A stretch of DNA of 64,000 nucleotides from Mobula hypostoma (taxonomy: Eukaryota): positions 156,552,001 through 156,616,000 of the forward strand of contig NC_086097.1 in assembly GCF_963921235.1 (NCBI RefSeq), read 5' to 3'. Positions 9,962 through 22,059 of the stretch are shown here, piece by piece (position 1 is the first letter of the stretch; each line of letters opens with the position of its first letter). The translations under genes were made by a program, and so were the position numbers. The notes under the pieces are model-generated. The model searched no databases. It was given only the letters and a program-made list of their open reading frames with translations, and had not been told where the DNA came from.

Positions 9962-12900
9962 ATGACTAATTTATTGAATTTTTTGAGTTTTAATGTTAAT
10001 GGGCTTAATGGGCCAGTGAAAAGAAAAAGAATCTTAACATACATTTAAAAAAATGAAGATAGATTTAGCTTTTTTACAGGAAACGCACCTAACAGAAACA
10101 GAACATCAGAAACTAAAGAGAGATTGGGTGGGTAATGTTGTTGCGGCCTCATTTAATTCAAAAGCGAGGGGAGTAGCAATTTTGATCAATAAAACGTTAC
10201 CAATTAGGATACAAAATGTAATAACTGATTCTGCGGGGAGATATGTGATTATACACTGTCAACTTTTTTCCGAACTATGGACTTTTATGAATATTTATGC
10301 ACCAAATGAAAATGATGCAAAATTCATACAAGAAACTTTTTTGAATTTGGCGGATGCACATGAAAAAATATTAGTTGGAGGTGACTTCAATTTTTGCTTA
10401 GACCCAGTCTTAGATAGATCAACCAAGGCTGTTATAAAATCGAAGGTAGTAAATCTAACTTTATCATTGATGAAAGATTTAAATTTGATTGATATATGGA
10501 GAAGAATCAATCCTAAAGAAAGAGACTATTCGTTCTATTCGCACAGACATAAAACTTACTCAAGGATAGACTTTTTTCTATTATCAATGTATATTCAACA
10601 CAGTGAAAAATATGGAATATAAAGCAAGAATATTATCAGATCATTCTCCTTTATTAATGACAATAATAATGGCTGATAAGGAAGAAGTGGCTTATAGATG
10701 GAGATTTAATTCAATATTATTAAAACGTCAAGATTTTTGTGATTTTATGAAAAAGCAGATTCAATGTTTTTTGGATACAAATTTTCATTCAGTGGAGGAT
10801 AAATTTATATTATGGGATGCGATGAAAGCATATCTTAGGGGACAGATAATAAGTTATACGTCTAAAATTAAGAAAGAATATATGGCAGAACTAGATCTAT
10901 TGGAAAAAGAGATTACAAGAATAGAAAAAGAATCACAAAGATATATGTCAGAAGAAAAACGAAGACAACTTGTCAATAAGAAGTTACAATATAATACACT
11001 TCAGACATATAGAACGGAAAAAGCAATTATAAGATCTAAACAAAGGTATTATGAGTTAGGTGAGAGAGCACATAAAATTCTTGCCTGGCAGTTGAAAACA
11101 GAACAAGCTTCCAAAACAATAAATGCAATTAGAACAAGGGCAGATAAAATATCTTATAAACCTCTTGAAATAAATGAAACCTTTAAAAATTTTTATTCTG
11201 AATTATATCAATCAGAATCCCAAAACGATGTTAATGAGATAGAAAGGTTTTTATCACAAGTTTCTCTTCCAAACTTGAATTTGGAAGAACAGAGGGGATT
11301 AGATATGCCTTTTACATTAAAAGAAGTTGAAGAAGCTTTAGGATCACTTCAAAGTAATAAATCTCCAGGAGAAGATGGTTTTCCACCTGAATTTTATAAA
11401 AAATTTAAAGATTTATTATTTCCTCTTTTTATGGAATTAATACGTCAAGCAGAAAAAATACATAAACTTCCAGATTCTTTTTCAACAGCGATTGTAATAG
11501 TATTGCCAAAAAAGGACAGAAATCCTATGAAACCAACATCATACAGGCCTATTTCTTTATTGAATACGGATTATAAAATAATAGCAAAAATTTTATCGAA
11601 TAGATTATCTAAATATTTACCAAAATTAATACATATGGATCAAACAGGATTTATTAAAAATAGACAACTGGCAGATAATGTAACTCGGCTACTCAGTATA
11701 ATTCATTTGGCACAAAAAAGGGATGAGAAGAGTATAGTAGTAGCTTTGGGTGCAGAAAAAGCATTTGATAGATTAGAATGGGATTTTTTATTTAAAGTAT
11801 TAGAAAAATATGGGTTAGGAACATCTTTTATAAATTGGATTAAAACTTTAAATTCTAACCCTAAAGCTAAAGTAGTGACAAACTCTCAAATTTCAACACC
11901 ATTTCAGCTAAAAAGGTCAACTAGACAAGGTTGTCCACTATCACCTGCTCTATTTGTATTGGCGATAGAGCCATTAGCAGAACTAATTAGATTGGATCCA
12001 GATATTATGGGTTTTAGAGTTAACCAAGAGGAACATAAAATTAATTTTTTTGCCGATGATGTTTTGATCTATTTAACAAACCCACAACATTTGTTACATA
12101 AATTATCTTCTAGATTGGATGAATATGGGAAGGTATCAGGTTACAAAATAAACTGGGATAAAAGTGAAATTTTGTCTCTTACTAAAGAAGACTATAGTCA
12201 ATGTCGATTAGTAACCCAATTTAGATGGCCGGTAAATGGTATAAAGTATTTAGGTATAAGACTTGATAGTAATGTAAAGAATTTATATAAATTTAATTAT
12301 TTTCCGCTATTGAAAAAAATTCAAGAAGATCTTGACAAATGGATGATACTACCAATAACATTAGTAGGTAGAGTCAATGTTGTAAAAATGAATATATTTC
12401 TGAGATTACAGTATTTGTTTCAAACATTACCAATACAATTGCCACAGAAATTTTTTCAACAGTTAAATAAATCTGTGAGAAAATTTCTTTGGAAAGGTAA
12501 AATGTCAAGAATATCATTGGAAAAACTGACATGTAAATTTAGGTTAGGAGGGTTACAACTTCCAAACTTTAAAAATTACTATAAAGCAAATCAACTTAGA
12601 TTTATTGCATCTTTTTTCGATGATCAAAAACCAGCATGGATTAAAATAGAACAAGACAAGATAGGAGAAAATAAACCTGAAGATTTTATATATAAATGGG
12701 AATCTAAATGGATACGGGAAAAGAAAGAATCTCCTATATTAACACACTTGATTGATCTGTGGAATAAGATAAATGTTGATAAGGAAACACAGAAATCTCT
12801 ATTAGCAAGGAGACCTTTGTTTCAAAACAGACTTATTCCTTTTACAATGGACAATCAACTTTTATATAATTGGTACCAAAAAGGGATTAAATTTATAGGA

Positions 12901-13737
12901 GATTGTTTTGAACCAGGTATATTGATGTCATTTGAACAATTAAAGGATAAATATAAAATATCTAATAATACTTTCTTTTGCTACTTTCAGTTAAGGGCTT
13001 ACTTAATAGGTAAGCTGGGTCAAACAATGTTTTTGCCAAAAGCTAATGAAATTGAAATTTTAATTCAAAAAGGGAAAATTAAAAAATTTATTTCTTATAT
13101 GTATAATTTGATTCAAGAACAGACAATTAAACAAGGAACCCATAAGTCAAAGCAAAAATGGGAAACAGATCTGAATATTAATATTGATGAAATAAATTGG
13201 TCAAGACTTTGTCTGGACAGTATGACAAATACAATAAATGTTCGACTTAGATTAGTACAATATAATTTTTTACACCAATTATATATTACATCACAAAAAA
13301 TAAATAGATTAAATTCAAATCTATCTGATAAATGTTTTCGGTGTAATCAAGAAATTGGTACTTTTTTACATTCTACTTGGTCTTGTTTTAAAATTCAACC
13401 CTTTTGGATAAATTTAAGGGTCTTATTGGAACAAATTACTGGAATTCAACTTCCACATAACCCTGTATTATTTCTATTAGGTGATATTGAAGGGATAAAA
13501 CCGAAACTTAAATTGAATAAATATCAGAAAGAATTTATAAAAATTGCATTGGCAGTAGCTAAGAAGACTATAGCAGTTACTTGGAAATCTGATTCGTATT
13601 TAAGTATGGATCGTTGGAATAATGAAATGGCTAGTTCTATTCCACTTGAAAAAATTTCTTATAATTTAAGAGATAATTATCTAACATTCTTGAATATTTG
13701 GCGCCCTTACTTACAAAAGATAGGATGTCATATTTAA
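9962..13737 (+). pseudogene. L1 ORF2p (APE endonuclease, RT, CCHC) with two frameshifts
   Basis: Starts MTNLLNFLSFNVNGLN at 9962; frameshifts near 10046-10052 and 10600; LQETH, GGDFN, SDH, RQGCPLSP, FADD and CFRC-x8-H-x4-C motifs. Confidence 0.95.
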
Positions 13738-14293
13738 GTGCTCCGACAAAGAATTTGGTTACTTGGGGAAAATAACGAATAATTATACCAAATTTATTTT
13801 GAATCCCATGGAGCATGTGGAAACCTTCCAATACCCAGGCGGCTCTTCTTTTTTTTTTGTCTTTCTTTCTTTTAGGTAGACTACATATATGGGGGGGAGG
13901 AGGGTTAAGGGGAAGGGGGGGTGGGTAGATTTTATCTTTTCATGTATTCTTTTTGAAAATTCAATAAAAATTATATTAAAAAAAGAGATGAATGACATTT
14001 ACAATCTTCCAGTCCTCCCGGATCATGGCAGAATCAACTGATTGTTGGAAGATCATGACCAATGTATCCGTTTTCTCTTCACCAACCTCTTTCAGGACTC
14101 TGGGTTGCAGTCCATCTGGACAAAATCTTTTGGTATCCTTCTGTATATTATTGGCTAATTTCCCCTCATATTTCATTGTTCCCCTCTTATAGCTTTCTAG
14201 TTGCCTTTGGTTGCATTTTAAAAGCTTCCCAATCATCCGACTTCCCACTCACTTTTGCTACCTTATATGTCCTTTCCTTGTTTTTTATGCAGT

Positions 14294-14860
14294 TGTTGTG
14301 GGGTGGATGAAATCACCAGAGAGACAGAGTTACTGGTAGATACAAAGCAGCTTCTTTACTCGACACAACAAGGTACAACAGGCATCATATGGACGGCGAC
14401 ACGTTTGGTGGAAAGGTCTGCTAGCCCAATGTGGGCTCAATATTTATATGCTAAACACAAAGGGCAATTGCTATTTACAAAGTTATAGACAATGATTCCT
14501 TTTGAAGCTACATACAAAACATCACACCTTCTGGCTTTGTCCTCTCCTCCCGGTGCCAACATGTCGGGGTTGGCACTCACAGCCTTTAGGAGTGCAAGTC
14601 AAATCCACAATACATTTATTTGGTATTTTACGTGCTAGCATAGAGGACAATTAATATTTATAAAGTATAGATAAGGCTGTCTTCGAAACTACCTGTAAAC
14701 TTCACACTTCCATCCACAGCATTTGGCTAGTATTCTGATATTCGCAGCTTTTAGGAAATGCATTGTTGTGAACTCAATCCACAGTACTTCGACAAACAGA
14801 AGACTGGTGGCCAGAGTCACAAGTGTAAGTGAATCATCTACCCCAAAACTTGCTCTAACA
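14294..14860 (-). mobile_element. Solo LTR (567 bp)
   Basis: TGTT...AACA termini; exact 4-bp TSD CAGT at 14290-14293 and 14861-14864; CR1 sequence is contiguous once it is removed. Strand inferred from a minus-strand TATAAATA near 14441-14448. Confidence 0.85.
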
Positions 14861-15213
14861 CAGTCCTTAACTTCCTTAGTCAACCAAAGTTGCCTACCCC
14901 TGTGATTGGAGAACTTCTGTGGGACATATCTATCCTGTGCCTTGTGGACTATTCCCAGGAACTTCAGCCATCTCTCCTCTGCAGTCATCCCTGCCAGTAT
15001 TGTTCTCCAATCCACCAGAGGCTCCTCCCTCATACCTCTGTAATTCCCTTTATTCCATTGTGATACTGATCCATGTGAGTTATGCTTGTCCCTCTCAAAT
15101 TACAGTATGAATTCAATCATAATGTGATCACTGCTGCCCAAGGGTTCCTTTACATTAAGCTCCCTAATAAGATCTGGGTTATTACACAACAACCCACAGG
15201 GTGGGTTATTACA

Positions 15214-15346
15214 CTGTATATAAGATGATGAGAGGCATTGATCGTGTGGATAGTCAGAGGCTTTTTCCCAGGGCTGAAATGGTATCACGAGGGGGCGCAA
15301 TTTTAAGGTGCTTGGAAGTCGTACAGAGGAGATGTCAGGGGTAAGG
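15214..15346 (+). mobile_element. Short CR1 fragment of another subfamily, opposite in orientation to the host CR1
   Basis: YKMMRGIDRVDSQRLFPRAEM, the same subfamily as 50593-51077. Confidence 0.75.
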
Positions 15347-15907
15347 TGCTCTAAAAAGACATCTCATAGGCATTTGAACAAATTCCATCTTTTGTGATCT
15401 GACACCAACCTGATTTTCCCAATCCTCTTGCATATCGAAGTCTCCCATTACAATTGTGTCATTACCCTTATTACATGCCTTTGCCAGCTCCCGTTGCAAT
15501 CTCAACCCCACATCCTGGCTGCTATGGCTGCTATTTGGAGACCTACATATGATTCCTATAACGTTTTTTCTTACCCTTGCAGTTTCTTAATTCCACCCAT
15601 AAAGATTCAACATTTTCTGACCCTATGTCACCTTTCTAAAGACGTAATTTCATCTCTTACCAACAGAGCTACACCACTGCCTATGCCTTCCTGCCTGTCC
15701 TTTCGATAGAAAAATATATCCTTTGATGTAAAGCTCCCAACTATGGCCTTCTTTCAGCCACAACTCAGTGATGCCGACAACGTCATACCGACCAATCTCT
15801 AATTGCACCATGTGTTCGTCCACCTTATTCCGAATGTTGTATGCATTTAAAAACAGCAGCTTCAGCCCTGCATTCTTCGCCCTTTTGAATTTTGCCTCTG
15901 TAGTACA

Positions 15908-18881
15908 AAAGAGTTATGAACAGATGGACTAAGTATATTCAGGAATCGTTTGAAGACGATCGAGGCAAAAAACCAGAAATTAAGAAAAACATTGAAGGTC
16001 CAAGTATTTTAAAATCTGAAGTTGTCACACTGATGGGGCATTGGGAGCAAGGGTAGGCCCAAATGCAAGACACATCTTGTGAAGTTACTTAGGTTTAGTT
16101 TATTGTACGATACCGGGAGAGCAAAACAGAAGCAGGAATAGTGAACAGGATAAGGACTCAGGATTATGACTAGGCTGGGACCGAGGGTCTGGGCTAGGAC
16201 TCGGAATTGGCTCCCAGAACGAGAGGAGACATGAAGAGGCTAGGGTAGGACTCCGAGCCCGAGACTGGGCAAGGACCCAGTACCTAGGTCTTGCCTCGGG
16301 CTTGGACCCCAAAACCAGGCATGGACATGACATAGGCTAGGGAGAGGAGGAACATGGAAAACAGAGCCTTGGTCACGGGAGAGCAGGTACATGGAACAAT
16401 GGACATATACATAGAACACAGAGCCGGGACCCCTCCTTAGTACAGGACATAAGGCCGGGACTCGCACCCAGAACAGAGAGCCGGGACCCCTCCTTGGGTA
16501 CAGGACATAGGGCCAGGACTCATGACCCTCCGCGGGGCAATGGCAAGACGGCCTGACTTACCCCACGGAGGTGAGGACAGGACAAGACAAGACAAGACAC
16601 GACTCCCCGTGGGGCAACGGCAAGTTGGCCTGACTTACCCCACGGAGGTGAGGACAAGACAAGACAAGACCAACACGAATGGACACCAGACAGTACCTGT
16701 CTAGCTCCGGTGATGGAACTAGACTGAAGTGCAGGCGGGGGCTGCAGTTGAGGGTGAGAGGCAAGAGGGGCAGAGAAAGGATTCAGACAAGGGGGTAGGA
16801 CAGGAATCACAGACCGCCAGGGCCAGGACTTGACACAGAACTGGGAAGCCGCCAGGACCAGGACTTGACTTGGTGCTTGAATGCCGCCAGGGCCAGGACT
16901 TGACTTGGTGCTAGAATGCCGGCAGGACCAGGACTTGACTTAGTACTTGAATGCCCCCTGAGCCAGGACTTGAATTGGAGCCTCCGGGTAGTGGCGAGCT
17001 CTCGACTCGGCCTGGGAACAGTAGACAGTGGTTCTTGATTCCCTCTGGCGGGTTAACTGACGGACCCACCTCGGTGAGGAAACTTTGCAGGCTCTCTTTG
17101 GCGAGGTAACTTGACAAGGTTGCTCCGGTGAGAAAAGGTGAATTAACGGCACTCGCTTCGGGCGGAAACTAGGTTTGTTCCAGCCAGATAACATTGGCAC
17201 GCCATACCTTGGTGACTTTGCAAATGCTCCCGCGCCGAACAGCTGAAAACCGGAGACTATAAACTACCGGTTCAGCCGAGCATTAATTGCCTGTAATCAC
17301 CAAACTCAAGGGACACAGGAAAACAGGGAATCAATGGTCCAGATCATAACATAAGCAAGGTAAATTTAAAGGGACCCCGATCCGGACCATGACAGAAGTT
17401 CGTAATGCAATAAGTAAGATGAAGAAATGAAAGGCAGCAGATCCTGATGAGATAGTAATACAACAAGTTATTGCCCTTGAAGATTATGGGATTGAAAAAC
17501 TTGCTGATTTAATCAATGACATTTATGAGACTGGAATAATACCAGAAGAGATGAATAACTCAGTATTTATCATTCTTCCTAAGAAAGCAGGAGCAATAGA
17601 ATGTGAATTACATAGAACCATAAGTTTAATGAGTCATATCACCAAGATATTTCTAAGAATTTTGATGACGAGCTAAAAGTAAGATACAAGCTGAAACAGG
17701 CAAAGAACCATGTGGTTTTATGAAAGACAAAGGTACAAGAAATGCAATATTGATGTTAAGGATACTATCAGAATGAGCTATTCAAGTGCAAAAAGATTTG
17801 TTTGTTTGTTTTATATACTACACAAAAGCATTTCATAAAGTGAAGCGCAATAATTTATTACAGAAAACTCTAGATCTAGATTCATAAGACCTCCGCCTAA
17901 TCATAAATCTGCACTGGGAACAAACTGCCGCTGTAAGAATAGGTGGAGATGTAACTCAGTTTATGAAAATCATGAGAGGCGTTAGACAAGGGTGTGTTTT
18001 CTCCCCTGATTTATTTAATGTGTACAGTGAAACAATATTACAAAAAATAAGATACATCTTGGGAATCAAAGTTGGCGGTGAAAACATCAATAATTTCAGA
18101 TACGCAAATGATACTGTGTTAATTGCAAGTATGAATGAAGAACTAGAAAATTTAATTGATATAATTGAAGAAAGTGCAAAAATGGGTCTATCTGTTAATT
18201 GCAAAAAGACAGAATGTATGGTGATATCCAAAAAGAAAGAGAATCCTATCTGCAGGCTGAGAATAAATGAGGAAGACATAAAACAAGTAAAGAACTTTTG
18301 CTACTTAGGAAGCTGGGTGAGATCAGATGGCAGGTGCGACATGGACATCAAAAGAAGAAAAGGGATGGCAAAAGACACCTTTACGAGAATGAAGAGTATA
18401 CTGACCAATACTAAACTAGGCATGACAACCCACCTCAGAGTACTGAAATGTTACGTTTATCCAGTTATGTTATATGGCTCAGAATGTTGGACAATATCTG
18501 GTAAGATGAGGAAACGATTTGTAGCAGCAGAGATGTGGTTTTTGAGGAGGATGCAGCATATCATGGATGAAACCAATATCTAATGAGGATGTCATGAACA
18601 GAGCAAACACAGAAAGAGAAATAATGTATGAGATCATGAAAAGACAACGTGACTTCATTGGACATGTGATTAGGAAAGAGGAGTTAGAATGCACAATAAT
18701 TATGGGAAAGATTGAAGGGAAGAAAGGAAGAGGAAGACAAAGACAAATGATGATGGAGACAGCAGCCAGAGAACTGGAAATGAATACCAATAATTTGATC
18801 CACTTGATCCGTAACAGGAATGTGTGGGCCATGGCAGTCAAAGCTCAAACTGGGCACCGCACCTGATGATGATGATGATGA
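15908..18881 (+). mobile_element. RTE-clade (BovB-like) LINE, 5'-truncated, (GAT)n tail
   Basis: RGVRQGCVFSPDLFN, NNFRYANDTVLIA, FCYLGS, LYGSECWT and GKIEGKKGRGR motifs; TGATGATGATGATGATG tail at about 18864-18881. Confidence 0.9.
16023..17394 (-). mobile_element. Solo LTR (1372 bp, Gypsy-like) inserted in the RTE
   Basis: TGTCA...TGACA termini; exact 5-bp TSD GAAGT at 16018-16022 and 17395-17399; minus-strand AATAAA near 16099-16104; internal tandem repeats. Confidence 0.88.
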
Positions 18882-19260
18882 TGGTACTCTTTGCTCTGTC
18901 CGCATTTGTACCTAATCATTGACTTGTCCTATTTTACATTCATGTTACATCCATCATCTACTTGTAAACTTGTTGGCTCATCCTCATCTCTATCATACTG
19001 ATTCCCATCCCTCTGCCATATTAGTTTAACCCCTCCCAACAGTTCTAGTAAACCTACCTGCAAGAACATTGATCCCCTCGAATCCTCTACTTCATTCAAG
19101 TTCTATTTTTCTGTGTTTCTTGATTTGTCATTCACAGAGACACAAGGCTACATTGTTCCTGATCATAATTAGCCAATGTTGATAATGTCCTCACTACAAC
19201 AATGAGTAAAAACGGAAAATAGCAATTGAGTTTATCTATATTTATTTTTTTCTCAAACGT

Positions 19261-19387
19261 AAATCAGCTTTAAAACTGGATTCAAACATAACTAAGATAT
19301 ACTCAATCCAGTCATGGAATCATAATGATTCCATAACTGGATTGAGTATATCTTAGTTATGTTTGAATCCAGTTTTAAAGCTGATTT
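19261..19387. repeat. 127-bp near-perfect palindrome (63-bp arms, 1-nt centre, 1 mismatch)
   Basis: 19261-19323 is the reverse complement of 19325-19387 except for C19313/A19335. Confidence 0.97.
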
Positions 19388-20217
19388 TGGGAATTGGATG
19401 AATGTTTCAAAGACAAAAATATCAAATCCCACCAAGCAGCAGAGAAGATAAATTCAGTTGATTAAATAATCTGAAATTAAAAATAACAATATCCATGAAT
19501 CAAGCAGATTATTATAAAAACTCAGTTCCTTCTCTCATTCACGATTACCTTCATTTACAGAAGAAAATTGGCCATCCTCACCCTATTCAATGAGTTGATG
19601 ATTCCAGATACAGTTTAACAACCTACTTGACTGAATCAAACCACAAAGGAAATGTACACCTAATTCAATGGCTCAAGAATTCTTTTCACAGTATGTGGGC
19701 ATGTGTCAAATTTGGGAGAAAGTGTATAACACTGGTCATGTATCAGCAAGTCTGTTCCACTCAGAGAATGATACCTTTGGTATCATACACTAAAGTCCTA
19801 CACTGTGCTATCATGATCTCCTGGTATATTTTATATTACAAGATAGATTCAACAGAAATGGAAATCAGAAATGTATATCCATGAGAGTGCACAGCACTTG
19901 GGCAAATTTTCTCTTATTGATAATTCCTGCCCTGTACAGAATGTGGATGTTTAGCTGTTTAATTAGCAATAAATTTGGCATTTGGATTTATTGACAGATT
20001 CAGAGCACTGGTTATTCAGTTTGCTTACTGGTGAACATTGCATGAAATCCAGTGGTTGAACACTGATCTTTGGAGATTCAGTGAAGTGTTACGCTAGGTA
20101 ATCACCTCATGGAGACTTTATTTCCATTTACATTCATGTCAATTATTTAGGTGTTCATCTTCTTTGTTGAAGAAATAAGATTTTTTAACTTTTTAAATTA
20201 TTTACTTCAGTTTAAAT

Positions 20218-21138
20218 CGGGGTCCCCAACCTTTTTTGTACCACGGACCGGTTTTATACTGACAATATTCTTGCCGACTGGCCGATCGGGGATGGAGCGG
20301 GGGGGTGATGTTAATCACGACCGGAATATAGGTGATAAGTCAACTATAAGTCACTTATAAGTGGCTAATACACTCAATTTTGTTTCTAAAAGGGTTTATC
20401 TAATGAATTTAATATTAAACACACAGTGCATATTTTCCTGGCATGAATATAGTAATAAGTCAATTATAAGTCAATAGCATCATAACATTTTAAGTAACAT
20501 TTAGATATTAAACACACAGCGCATATTTCCCCTGTATGAACATATAAAATCATTGCAACACAGCAATATCGCTGAATCAGTGGGAGCCCTGGGCTTGTTT
20601 TCCTGCAACAAGACGGTCCCATCAAGGGGTGATGGGAGACAGCGATACGCGAAGGGTATCTTATGTCTAGTCTATTCCGCAATTTAGTTTTCATTGCATT
20701 CATTGCAGAAAACTCCACTTTGCAGCAATATGATGTTGGAAATGGAAGTAACGTTTTCAGTGCTTTCGTGGCCTTCTCAGGATATTCAGCCTTGACTTTG
20801 ATCTAGAATGCCGGCAGAGATGTTATGTCAAACATACTTTTCAGCCCACCATCATTTGCAAGCTCGAGGAGTTGATCTTCTTCCCGCACTGACATGGATG
20901 ATTCACTGGGGACATTCACAAATGGGTCACAGACCCATTCCTTTGCACATCTTGGGTCACTGATGATCTTGCGTGGGTCATGACCTCGCGTGCATTCAAG
21001 TTCTAACAGTGGGCGTGAAAGAGAATGAGGAAAGGTGCGGCTGACTCATATTGCCAAATCATGTCGTTTCCTCGTGGCACGGTAGCACATGCTTTGTGTC
21101 CCGGTGCCAGTCCGCGGCCCGGTGGTTGGGGACCACTG
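20218..21138 (-). mobile_element. hAT/Charlie-type non-autonomous DNA transposon
   Basis: TIRs CGGGGTCCCCAACC and GGTTGGGGACCACTG; degenerate 8-bp TSD GTTTAAAT/GCATAAAT; minus-strand FSAMNAMKTKLRNRLDI (hAT C-terminal dimerisation region). Confidence 0.88.
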
Positions 21139-22059
21139 GCATAAATATTTAAGAAATTTCTGAATGTCAGAGATATTTAAGCACTTCAAAATTAGCGGGA
21201 TATGGATCTTTCCTTCCTGTCATAGTTTTCAAGTTATATGGGTTCTGGGCTTTTTCATACTCTGCTGGTAGAGGCTCTTGAACCAAGCAGGCACAGGCCA
21301 CCGAGGTTGTTATTGATTATTAGTGGTTATTGATTGTTGAAGGACTGGAGTGATTCAGCAAGATCTGGCCCAATGACTCCAGATTCATCATCAAAGTGCA
21401 TCCGTTCAAACACTGGCAGTAAAGCTTCCTGCTAGTTACCATCTCTTCCAGTAGGTGAATCAGTTCTCCATCAACAATTGGAAGAATCTCTGAAAGCAGC
21501 ATTAGCGTTGACTTCAATATGCATCATTGAGGCTGGATCAGTGGCTTCGTCATAGAACTGACTAAATCCTGAAATGCTGGTGGTGGGTTCAGTGATACCA
21601 GGGATTCAAGGTAAACCTGCCTGACCTCATCTTCAAATACGTGACAACATTGGTAAGAATGGCCAGATTGTCCTGGTGAGTCAAAGTCCCATCTACACAC
21701 CAAAGACACCTTTACCATTAGCACTACTATTGTACAAATGGAATAAAACCAGAAAAAAAAGCCTGGATATTCAAAGTAGTAGTCATAGGAATCCACATCA
21801 CTAAATCAAAGCCTGGCAGATTGTTCATTCTACAATTGCTATCAAACCAGAGAATTGATCAGGTGTGTGGAAGGACAAGTCAGGAGTGGACCAGGCAGGA
21901 GTTAAAATCAAATGAAAACTCTGGTGAAATAAAAGCATTCCAAAATTCCTTTGATGCACCTAGGATTTCTTTGAATTGAAGAACGCTGAATGTAGGTTTT
22001 TAACCACTTATATGTGAAATTGGCAGGTTGTGTTTTGATAAAAAGTTGAACAACCTCAG

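Larger units (their letters stand above)
8230..13981 (+). mobile_element. Full-length L1-clade LINE (about 5.75 kb)
   Basis: 13-bp TSD AAAGAGATGAATG at 8217-8229 and 13982-13994; TT/AAAG endonuclease target; G-run 5' end; ORF1, spacer, ORF2; AATAAA at 13963-13968 and a short A tail. Confidence 0.97.
6630..19085 (-). mobile_element. Host CR1 LINE, internally deleted and split by five direct insertions
   Basis: 3' tail at about 6630; CR1 ORF2 pieces QRDLGVLV...LSLYKTQV (6983-7348), KKGNYRQVSLT (8001-8229), PDGLQPRVLKEV (about 14000-14120), EPLGSSDHIMIEF (about 15100-15180); CR1 sequence resumes after each insertion. Confidence 0.85.

Noticed and set aside
19998..20097. Possible AG...GT exon
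   Set aside because: All three frames contain stop codons.
21200..21830. Coding-like composition with short minus-strand ORFs
   Set aside because: No recognisable domain or splice structure; probably a very old TE remnant, left unannotated.
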